The notes under the pieces: model-generated
Databases searched by the model: none
Seen by the model: the letters and a program-made list of their open reading frames with translations, nothing else
Told to the model about the DNA's origin: nothing
NCBI GenBank assembly: GCA_963796275.1
Contig: CAWCKY010000004.1
Span: 960,001-1,024,000 of the forward strand
Length of the DNA stretch: 64,000 nt
Direction of reading: 5' to 3'
Source: an uncultured Acidobacteriota bacterium
GTDB taxonomy: Bacteria; Acidobacteriota; Blastocatellia; RBC074
Translations under genes and position numbers: made by a program
In this document: positions 21,678 to 30,845 of the stretch, one piece after another
Layout: every line of letters starts with the position of its first letter
Numbering within the stretch: position 1 is the stretch's first letter

Positions 21678-23561
21678 TTAACGCGGCTGAGCTGATGCGG
21701 GAGGAAGCAGACGGAAGCGTAAGACGCTGGGGCGCTGCTTATCGTGATAGACGGTTTGATGCGCCGCAACTGCGCGAACGGCGGACTTGATGGGTTCGCC
21801 CGTGTTCAGGTTGCGCGCATAAAAAGGAAACATATGACTATTGATCATCAAACCGAGACGATGCCCTTGCTTGACCTGGTGGGCGGTATCCCAGATCGCA
21901 ATGGTCGCCTTATACACTTGGTTCGGAACCAGGAGTGAAGGATTTTCCCAGCCGCTGATGTATCTGGCGCGAATCTTACCGGGAAGTCCGATCACCTTTA
22001 TGATCCCCTTTTCGTCGATGTCGACCAGCGATGCGAAAAAGTCGGTATCCTTCGCGCTTGTCGAAAAGTACAAATCCAGCTCGATCGGTCCGCCGAGTTC
22101 GTACTCCGCCGCCGCCGCATCTGTCTTGTAAATGAGTACGTCGTTTTCGTGAGGCTCGAATTTCACTTCGGTAGAACCCAATTCGAAGATATCCTTCATA
22201 TCTCTCAGTTCCTGCGGTATGACCGCAATAGCGGGATTATAGGTATACCGGTCCGGCTCCTGGTCGCGGGGGGCATCGGGTTTCAATTCGCCCAGGCTTG
22301 TTTTGCCGTTGGCTGGTCCGTCCGCGCTCAGGTAGAGGCTCATCTCTTTAGACTTCGGGTCTGGCCAATCTTCAAGCTCCATCCACCGGTTAGCTCCCGT
22401 TACAAAGACTCGAACCTTGGGTTGTTTATTCCAATAGACGTTCTTGCCCTTCAGCCAATGATCGAACCAGCGCAAATATATCGAATCGATCTCCATGATC
22501 GCGTCCGGTCCGTAGTCTACATCCTTCAATCTCGATGTGGCATTGAAGCGATGAGTCCAGGGACCGTAGATGAGCCATTGGTCTTTATGACCCAGCTCCC
22601 GCATCCTGCCCCAGTTGAGTTTCGTCCCGATGCCGTCAGAGTCCCACCACCCGCTGATATGCATGATGGGGATATTGATCTTTCCCATATCTGGCATGAA
22701 GCTCATACCGGCAAATGCGGAAGGCGTCTCATTCTCCAGCCATTGATCGTAATACGGTATGTCGACTCCCAATACCTCATCATCGGCCCGCGTCAGCGGA
22801 AGGGTCTGGAGTTTATCAAGGTTTGTTAGCAGTTGCGGGAAATCCGGCACTTTCCGGTCTCTGACATAATTGGCCCACCAGAGCGTGCTGTAGAGCATCG
22901 GGATGCCGTGATCGATCGGAAAATTGAAGAACAGGTCGGGCGGAGATACCTGCGGAACAATGCATTTGAGAGCCGGGTGTGCCTCGACTGCCGCAGCCCA
23001 CTGCACCCAACCTAGATAACTTCCGCCGATCATTCCGACATTACCGTCGGAGAAGGGCTGTTTGGCGATCCAATCGATGGTGTCGTAGCCGTCGCGCCGT
23101 TCATGAGAAAAGGGATTCCAATCGCCCTGGCTCTCATTGCGCCCGCGCACATCCTGTACGATATGGACATAACCGCGTTTCGCCCACCATTCGCCTTCCA
23201 GCTTCGATAACAGCTCTCTCCCGTATGGAGTGCGCTCGAGGATTGCCGGATACTTACCATCGCCGGCGGGGCGGACGATATCGGCTGTGAGAGCTACACC
23301 GTCGCGCATCTTCACCTTGACGCCCTTTTCGGATTTCGTCTTGAAGTCCGGGCGGCTCAATTCCGGGTAGAGCGTCGTCGGATCTGACAATAATTTTTCA
23401 AACCCAGATCCAATGGCGCGCGCGGCCGCGGCAGGCGCGGAGACAGGTCGCACATCTTTCGGCGCCCGGCTAGGAAACGGTGCCAGAGCGACGAATGCAG
23501 CGAGCGATAGGATAATGAAGAACGGGGCATTCGGGGCATTCGGGGCAAATATATTTCTCAT
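21678..23561 (-). CDS. CocE/NonD family serine hydrolase (peptidase S15-like), exported
   Basis: MRDGVAL, ERTPYG, QDVRGR, GGSYLG nucleophile motif, GWWD, GPWTH; signal-like N-terminus. Confidence 0.9.
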   Translation of the reverse strand: MRNIFAPNAPNAPFFIILSLAAFVALAPFPSRAPKDVRPVSAPAAAARAIGSGFEKLLSDPTTLYPELSRPDFKTKSEKGVKVKMRDGVALTADIVRPAGDGKYPAILERTPYGRELLSKLEGEWWAKRGYVHIVQDVRGRNESQGDWNPFSHERRDGYDTIDWIAKQPFSDGNVGMIGGSYLGWVQWAAAVEAHPALKCIVPQVSPPDLFFNFPIDHGIPMLYSTLWWANYVRDRKVPDFPQLLTNLDKLQTLPLTRADDEVLGVDIPYYDQWLENETPSAFAGMSFMPDMGKINIPIMHISGWWDSDGIGTKLNWGRMRELGHKDQWLIYGPWTHRFNATSRLKDVDYGPDAIMEIDSIYLRWFDHWLKGKNVYWNKQPKVRVFVTGANRWMELEDWPDPKSKEMSLYLSADGPANGKTSLGELKPDAPRDQEPDRYTYNPAIAVIPQELRDMKDIFELGSTEVKFEPHENDVLIYKTDAAAAEYELGGPIELDLYFSTSAKDTDFFASLVDIDEKGIIKVIGLPGKIRARYISGWENPSLLVPNQVYKATIAIWDTAHQVKQGHRLGLMINSHMFPFYARNLNTGEPIKSAVRAVAAHQTVYHDKQRPSVLRFRLLPPASAQPR

Positions 23562-23673
23562 TTCTTCTCCATTTAAAACGATAGATAGTCCTGAAGCTTG
23601 TTATGAAACGATGAGACCGCGCAGGGAATTCCTCGCATAGAGCCCGCTCGGAGCTCGTCAGGAGTTCCCCTTT

Positions 23674-23917
23674 GGAGTTCGTTCAGAGTTCCGCCTTCAG
23701 GCGGTCAGTTCAACAGCCTAAGGGCGGAATGCGTTTGTGATATTACTGAATGGGTTGCGGTCCGCTGCCCCATTCTACGTCGTTTGGAGGTTTCAGTTCA
23801 GAGGAGACGTAAGTGACGGTTTGGGCGACGTCATGAAACAGTTCTCGCATGGAGTTCACGCTTGGAGTTCCGCCTTTTGGTGGTTTTACTCTGACCGCCA
23901 AGGCGGAACTCCAAACG
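23674..23917. repeat. Degenerate REP cluster (gagttccgcc ... ggcggaactcc family)
   Basis: gagttccgccttcaggcgg...cctaagggcggaa and ggagttccgcctttt...ccaaggcggaactccaaac. Confidence 0.6.
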
Positions 23918-23942
23918 GGAATTTCAAATCACTCCCGCACCT

Positions 23943-24718
23943 TTACATCGCCAGTTTAAATACTGCGAAATAGGCGCCTTGCGGATCTTGAATGATCGAG
24001 AAGCGTCCCGTTTTAGGAATATCGGTCGGTGGAACGTGTACATTTCCGCCCAACTTTTTGGCTTTCTCACTGGTCGCGTCGCAATCTTCGACCATGAAAT
24101 AGATCATCCAGTGTGGCGGCACGCCTTCGAATTGCCCGCCTTCCATCGGCAACATTCCGCCGAGGGGCTGGCTCCCGTTCACCCATTCCGTATACGCCAT
24201 GAAATCGCTGTCTTTGGTCGACCAGCCGAATAGCTTGGTATAGAAGGCCTTCGCGCTCGCCGTGTCGCGCGTCATCAGTTCAACCCAGCAGGCAGATCCC
24301 TGCTCGTTGACCAGATCGGCGCCTAGATGCGTCTTCGGCTCCCAGACAAAAAGTATAGCGCCGGTCGGGTCTTTGAAGCCGGCCATGCGCCATGATCCAT
24401 TACATCGAATGCTGGAATGACCACTTCGCCGCCAAGCTCTGCGGCTTTCGCGGCCGTCTTCTCGGCGCTGTCTACCGCGACATACGCCATCCAATTCGGC
24501 GGCATACTGGGCTGCTGCGGCCCCGGTTGGTACAGTGCGCCGACCTCTTTGTCGCCGACGCGCAGCATCGTGTAAACGCCAGAATCACCCGGCAATACGT
24601 TGTCGACATGATTCCAACCGAAGAGCTTGGTGTAAAACTCCGTCGCGGCTTTTTGATCGCTTGTCGTCAGCTCGAACCAGCAGAAATTCCCGGCGGGATG
24701 TTTAAGTTGATTACCCAT
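23943..24718 (-). CDS. Two-domain VOC/glyoxalase family protein (frameshift ~24390)
   Basis: GNFCWFELTTSD...FYTKLFGW and GSACWVELMTRD...FYTKLFGW; DPTGA and DPQGA; two ORFs join as DVMDHGRMAGFKDP. Confidence 0.85.
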
Positions 24719-24930
24719 ATTATTCCTCCCATTGAATCGCTGAAGTTTGGTTGATCAGGTCAGGCGCATTGATTCTGACGCAGAAAAGCGGAAGAGTGAA
24801 GCGGATTCGAAGCAAAGACGCAATGCGCATGGAATTTCTTTTCGCCTTTATCTCCCGGCAAATTTCCGGGCGAATTGCTCATTAAATTTCCTCGGAATAT
24901 CCGGAACCATGTTAACGCACACGAGTCGAA

Positions 24931-27900
24931 TTATCTCCATTCACCCTGAATGACGAACGACGCCCAGAAATATGGCGAGGACCAGCGTTTCTGCTTCATC
25001 ATTTCGAGTTGTGCCATGCGCAGGGCAGCCGCCGGTCGCCGGCCATTCTTCAGCATCTTATGATAGAAATGCGCCATCAAGTCGGCAGTAGCGTAGTCAT
25101 CGACGCGCCAGAGGCTCGCCACGACACGCTGTGCTCCGGCATACATAAACCCCCGCGTCAATCCGACCAGCCCTTCGCCTTTGATCTCCTTTCCGAGACC
25201 CGTCTGACAGGCGCTCAGTACGACGATCTCCGACGGCATCCGCAGGTTGTAGATATCGTGCAAGCGTAGAAATCCATCCTGCGACTTTCCGGTTTTGTCC
25301 AACAGAGACAAGACCAGCCCCGATAGTTCGGGATGCTCGCTATTGAGCAAACCATGGGTAGCGAAATGGATGATGCGATAGTCGGCCAGCTCGCCGCTCA
25401 TGACCATCGCCCGGCTGGCCTGGAAAGAGGTTGCTTTCAACAACGAATTGGCCGGCACCAGTTCAGCAATCGCCTTGGCCTCATCTATTGAAAACGGCAA
25501 GCGCCCGAAACTTCCCCTGTACGTGGCTCTAATCGATCTAATAAATTGGGAAGCATCCGAATTCTCGGTTGGCGATGACGAGATGGGGTCGGGAGCCGAG
25601 CGGATAATCACGGTTGGAGCTCGCTTTCCCGTTTTTCGCTTGATTATTGTGAGCAGACGCGGATCGTCGGCTTCGAAGACCGGATCAGCCAGGACCGCGA
25701 GCATTTTGCGGGCGGGGACGCGCCCGGCCGACTCGCGCCGAATCACCTCCAGGACCGATGCCGATGGCAAATTGACGATCTCGTGATCGGTGATTAGCGG
25801 TGTCAGGACTGAGTCGGGATGCCCAGACGCACTCGTGTGGAGGTCGGGAGCAGGAAGTGCACCGAAGGGGAGATACTGCAATGCCCCATCCGCCACAATC
25901 AACAATCGCTTCCCTTTCCATTCTCCGCAGAGCGAATCGGCGATCTGACCGAACAACATCTGGCTCAAATCTTGAGCGGCAGATCTATACTGCGCATCGG
26001 CCTCGGCGATCTGCTTGAGTTGCTCCGCCTCTGCTAATCCAGCCCTCGGCTCCCGTGCGGTCAACCGCTCATATACGGCGCGCGCGGCATTTTCGATCTC
26101 TGATCGTGACGGGAGCTGGCGGCTGACAATCGCTTGCGGCGTCACCACCCATAACCAGCTGCGCTCTTCGCCGAGCGCAAATTCCAGCAAGATCGTCTCT
26201 CGGTCTAGCAATTTCCGCTGTATTTCCACGACGGTTAGCGGTTCGGGACGAGTGAGTGCGGCGTAACGCGGATTGGAATCACGAATCTTCGCTTCTACAT
26301 CCCGGTACCGAGATGTCAATTCGGCGATCTCCCGGTCAAAGTCAGTCGCTGAGCCTTCCGGGTCAAGGTCGCTGAACGCGCGCGCCCGCGCCGCTGCCTT
26401 CGCGTTCAGCTGTTGGTGCAATGTGCGCGCGCTCTCGCGCAGTTGCGGGTCAATGCCCTCCCCCAAGTCGAGATTGATCTCGGCGAGTTGCTCGAGCAGT
26501 CCCCGGGCGCGCGCCCGTTCGCTGGCGCGGAGTGCCAATTCATCGTATCCCGCTGACGGTTTCCGCCGGTGCAACGACATGAGCAGGTCGATATAAATCT
26601 CAAAATCGTTCTGAGCGTAACCGAAGAATGATGCGCGCAGGTCCTGCCGCGAGACGCTGGATCGGATAGATTCCTTGATCTCGAGTGCCGCCTCGATCTG
26701 TGCGCGCGCTGCATCCAGATCGCCCATCGAGTAGTTGGTCCGTGCCAGGATATAGAGGGTCTGAGCTTCCGACTGGCGCACCCCCATTCCCCGGTACAGA
26801 TTCAAAGCCTGGTTAAGGTAATCCAGCGCCTTCTCCTTCTCCCCTCCCAGGTTAGAAAGATTGCCCAAAGCCTGCAGCGCACCGGCTATAGATCTGTTGT
26901 CCCCCACTCTTCGTGCCATCGTAAGCAACTGATTGTAATAATCGGCAGCCTTTTCACGATCGCCCAGCGCGAGATACACGCCGCCCAGTCCTCCCAACGC
27001 AACGCCCTCCTGATACAAATAACCGTGCTTGCGCGCGATCTCCAGGGCGCGCTCAAAGAACTCGAGCGCTTCCCTAATTTCACCCAGATCTTTGCGCGCC
27101 AATCCTAGAAGATTGAGCACACCGCACTGGTGCAATGTATTCCCAACAATCGTATAGGTCTGCAGAGCCTGGTTGAAATAACCGAGAGATAACCGCGGTT
27201 CGCCCAGCGCAAGATATACTCTTCCTATATTTTGAATCGCGCCTGTCTCTCGGAACCTGTCCGATAAACTCGCAAAAATTCTTCTTGCCTGGCTGAAACT
27301 ATCGAGAGCTTGCTGAGACTCTCCCCAACCGCGTTGTATGTGGCCAAGCGATATCATCAGATTCGCCGCCTGGCGAAGATCGCCCAGGTCCTGCGCAATC
27401 TGCCTTGCCTGGTTGTGGTAGATGTAGGTTGAATGGAGATTCTCCGAGTCTGCGGTATAACGCGCCAATACGTGTCAACAGCCTTAATTCACTCGGACGA
27501 TCTCCCAGTTCCCGCCAAGAAGCCAACGAGGTCTTATATTTTGCGATACCTCGCGACAATTCTTCCGGCGTCCATACCTTGTTAGCCAGAACATCCCCTT
27601 CCAATTCGGTTCTGACAGCATCAATGCGGAGTTTGTCATTGTGCGTGACCGGTCGCAGCGTCTCGATTTTGATTTCGTAAGTTAGCCGCGCGTAGATTTG
27701 GTCGAGCAGAGACGTTTCCAACCTGTAGTTCCCCGAAACCCGAGCGACGAACAAGAAGGTTGCGACCTGTCTCTCTTCGCCTCCGTTCATTACCTTTTGA
27801 GTCGAAGTGCTCAGAAGAGGCGTCTCCTCTTCGTGACAATTGGGATCCGGCGCGAACAATTTTGCCCGCAATTTGTCATGTTTGCAGGTCAGCGTCAGGC

Positions 27901-28120
27901 GCAGGTAATCGCCGGCAGAAAGATTTATATGCCAGAAGTGCATCTCTCCGCCTGCAATCTCGACTGATCTCGGAACGTCCGGTTCAAATATTTGTGGCTG
28001 TGCCCGCGCTTGATCCATTTGCATTGATATCGCGGCAGACGGCCAATGGCTGAGCGCAAACACCATCACCAGGAGCCAGGAATAGGGACGATGCGGATGT
28101 CCGGTCCGTGCGATCTTCAT
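24931..28120 (-). CDS. Exported TPR-repeat CHAT (caspase-like) protease (frameshift ~27440)
   Basis: Signal-like N-terminus, beta-rich domain, multiple TPRs; ASERARARGLLE, LLIVADGALQYLPFGAL, catalytic IIHFATHG and VVLSACQTG, VASLWRVDD, PYFWASF. Confidence 0.9.
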
Positions 28121-28189
28121 TGATTTTTCCTCCGAAAAAAGTCCGGGGGCGCGAGTGCGGACCCGCTGGCTTACAGCCCGCCGGTTTTG

Positions 28190-29137
28190 TCACAACTTGG
28201 TGATTCTGAAAAAGTAGCTTGTTATTTCTTCCGACTCCCCAGCCGAGTCGAGGGCGGAAAGCTTCAGGATGTAATCGCCTGGCACCAATCTGCCGGAAGG
28301 AATGTCGACAGAGACCGCGTAGTCAGCATTTTCAAGCCGAGGTTTGAGAGTTGATCCCTTCCATATCTGCCGCCCCCCGACCTCGCGCACTGCGGCCTCA
28401 AAAGTGCGCGAATCTCCCCGCTCAACTCGCATTAACAAACGTACTACGCCGGAATCGCTAGGAATCGCCAAAGACTGCGGATTGTTGCCGCTGCGTATCA
28501 GTCTGGGCGAAAGCGTAAAAGAAAATATTCCCCGTAAGTTTCGAGCCGCCGGCTGCGTCAAATTATTATTTTCGCCGCGCAAGCGTTCAAGCGCCTCTCT
28601 CATCTCCTCGTTCTGATTGCGCGCAGCGGCGATCCGATCGGACAACTCCTCTTCACGGATCCTCTGACTTTCGCTATCGCCTGCGATTCGCGCCATTTCA
28701 CGGCGCAATCGCAAATCGTCGATGGAGAGCCATAGGCTTACGGCCAAAAGTAACAAAATAGCCGCTGCCGCAGCAATCGGCCACCGCGAAAATGGTGTGC
28801 CGTATTTTCCGAACAGATTCGCCCACTGAGAGACCTTCGGCTCCACCGCATACTCTTCCGTCATCGATCCGTCCGCCTTCTTAATCAGATCCTCGGCAAC
28901 CTTGACGCGCTGAAAATGGACCGGAGTGACCAGATAGTGGCGCTCGAATTTTTCTCGATCTGCGGGCGCCAGCCGGCCGCGGACATACCCGTCGACCAAG
29001 GTGTTCTCAATCTCCCACATCTGTTCGAACGATTCGTCCTCGGCGAAAAGTTGCTGTTCCAATGCGATCGCTTCCGTTTCCGGCAGATCACCGAGTAGAT
29101 AACGACGCATCTGATTTTCCAGTATTTCGGTCCTCAT
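28190..29137 (-). CDS. Putative single-pass membrane anti-sigma factor
   Basis: RYLLGDLPETEAIALE and YVRGRLAPADREKFERH (anti-sigma-like helical N-terminus), TM AAAAILLLLAVSLWL, coiled coil, beta-rich C-terminal domain; directly downstream of sigma-like gene. Confidence 0.6.
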   Translation of the reverse strand: MRTEILENQMRRYLLGDLPETEAIALEQQLFAEDESFEQMWEIENTLVDGYVRGRLAPADREKFERHYLVTPVHFQRVKVAEDLIKKADGSMTEEYAVEPKVSQWANLFGKYGTPFSRWPIAAAAAILLLLAVSLWLSIDDLRLRREMARIAGDSESQRIREEELSDRIAAARNQNEEMREALERLRGENNNLTQPAARNLRGIFSFTLSPRLIRSGNNPQSLAIPSDSGVVRLLMRVERGDSRTFEAAVREVGGRQIWKGSTLKPRLENADYAVSVDIPSGRLVPGDYILKLSALDSAGESEEITSYFFRITKL

Positions 29138-29187
29138 TTTCGGTCATGGCGAACGGCCGCCATCATTTAAGCAGCGTATTATCTATA

Positions 29188-29214
29188 ACTGTCAAAATAA
29201 TCGAATCCATGTCG
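29188..29214 (-). promoter_or_regulatory. Putative ECF promoter upstream of anti-sigma/CHAT genes
   Basis: Minus strand CGACATG-gattcgattattttga-CAGT; identical boxes and 16-nt spacing to 29957-29983. Confidence 0.5.
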
Positions 29215-29224
29215 ATCAAGTCGA

Positions 29225-29827
29225 TTATTTTTTTCCTACCGGCGATGGCGGTCCTCCGATGCACTGGGTGACACATTGTTCGAGTTTTTCTCTAATTCTC
29301 TGAGCGCGGTTACGGAGCGCATTTAGCGGTATTCCCAGACTATTAGCAAGGGCCTGGCGGTTGTTTATCTTGAGGCGTCGCTCATCCTGATAATATTGCA
29401 GAATCAATCGGTGGCTCTCGATCGGTAACTGGCTCAGGCATCGCTCGAAACAATTATGTTGGGCAGACTCTTCCGTTTGGGGAGACGATGTGGCGACTGA
29501 GCCCAGCTCGTCGAGGCTGACCTGACGGCTGCCGGCCTTTTTATGCGTTTCGACCAACACCAAGCGGGCGATGCCCCCACAATAAGTGGGAATATCGCGA
29601 ATCGCCTCACCCGATTCCAATTTACGGATGACGCGATCGATCGTCTCATCGGCGCACTCTTCGGGAAAATGTGCCCCGCGCCAGTCGAAGAATTTCACCA
29701 GCTTCCGGCGGATGACTTCATATTTTTCGCCGGCTACATCGACATCGCCATCGAGGCAAGCAAGCAGTCGTCCCAGCGCTTCTCCTGTCAACACCCATTC
29801 GGTCCGGGTGGTTCGGACATTATTCAT
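29225..29827 (-). CDS. ECF-type sigma-70 family factor
   Basis: EECADETIDRV (region 2-like), CLSQLPIESHRLILQYY and ALANSLGIPLNALRNRAQRIREKLEQC (region 4 HTH); 200 aa. Confidence 0.75.
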   Translation of the reverse strand: MNNVRTTRTEWVLTGEALGRLLACLDGDVDVAGEKYEVIRRKLVKFFDWRGAHFPEECADETIDRVIRKLESGEAIRDIPTYCGGIARLVLVETHKKAGSRQVSLDELGSVATSSPQTEESAQHNCFERCLSQLPIESHRLILQYYQDERRLKINNRQALANSLGIPLNALRNRAQRIREKLEQCVTQCIGGPPSPVGKK

Positions 29828-29956
29828 GTCGTGTCGGCTAATCCTCCAACATTTAACCTGCGGGCAAAATAGTCGCCCTATTCCCTTCGGTCTCGCATCT
29901 TAACTTATTTCACTTTTGCCAGCATCGTATTTTGCCTGTCTTCCGAAAAAACTCTG

Positions 29957-29983
29957 CGACATGTTTTCTCCAACGTCACCAGT
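29957..29983 (+). promoter_or_regulatory. Putative ECF promoter upstream of the five-gene operon
   Basis: CGACATG-ttttctccaacgtcac-CAGT; matches 29188-29214. Confidence 0.5.
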
Positions 29984-30164
29984 AGTGCATGGAGACGCAA
30001 CTGACACAACACGAATTGCGGATGGTACCGCCATCCGTCTATCGAAGGAGGTTGAAAGCCATGACCTCTATTACCGGGAGTCCCGGCGGGAGCGGCGCCG
30101 GAAATAGATGCGCCGCTCCGGAATGGTCAGCAGCGTCACCGACAAAATCAACTAGGAGGAATCT

Positions 30165-30842
30165 ATGCATAACATTGATCGTACGAACATGGAGTCGAAT
30201 TTTGACGAATACCAGAACGGCGAGTTCGGGTACGAGACCGCAGGCGATCAAGAATACGAAACTTACGGCGAGTACAACCAGGAACTTCCCTTCAACGAAG
30301 CCGAGGAGATGGAGTTGGCGGCCGAATTGCTGAGCGTTTCGAGCGAGGCGGAATTGGATCAATTTCTCGGAAACCTCATCAAGTCTGCGGGCCGGGCCGT
30401 CGGCGGCGCTATCAAATCTCCGGTCGGCAAGGCGTTGGGTGGGGCGTTGAAAGGAATCGCGAAACAAGCGTTGCCGGCGGTGGGAGGCGTCGTCGGAAAC
30501 GTTTTGTTGCCCGGCGTCGGCGGGGCCATCGGAGGGAAGCTCGCCTCGGCCGCCGGCAAAGCGTTCGGATTAGAGTTGGAAGGGTTGAGCTACGAAGACC
30601 AGGAGTTTGAACTGGCGAAAGGCGTGGTCCGTCTGGCCAGCGCGGCAGCCAGCAACGCCGCTCAGGCCGCGCCATCGACGCCGCCCCAGCGAGTGGCTCA
30701 AACCTCATTGACGGAAGCGGCAAAAACACACGCGCCGGGACTGCTGCGAGGAAACAAAGCCGGATCTGCGGACAAATGCCAGCACCAATCCAACGGCCGC
30801 TGGATCCGACGGGGAAATACGATCACTCTGGTGGGAGTCTGA
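30165..30842 (+). CDS. Hypothetical protein: acidic N-terminus, Gly/Ala/Lys-rich amphipathic core, GRWIRRG C-terminal motif
   Basis: AGGAGG RBS; 225-aa ORF first in a tightly spaced run; function not recognised. Confidence 0.85.
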   Translation: MHNIDRTNMESNFDEYQNGEFGYETAGDQEYETYGEYNQELPFNEAEEMELAAELLSVSSEAELDQFLGNLIKSAGRAVGGAIKSPVGKALGGALKGIAKQALPAVGGVVGNVLLPGVGGAIGGKLASAAGKAFGLELEGLSYEDQEFELAKGVVRLASAAASNAAQAAPSTPPQRVAQTSLTEAAKTHAPGLLRGNKAGSADKCQHQSNGRWIRRGNTITLVGV

Positions 30843-30845
30843 ACC

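Noticed and set aside
27430-27450. Programmed frameshift in the CHAT gene
   Set aside because: No slippery heptamer is evident and similar single-base shifts occur throughout the window
24931-29827. Type III-E CRISPR or gasdermin locus
   Set aside because: No Cas7-11, array or gasdermin-like gene seen, and the CHAT appears exported; used only as an analogy
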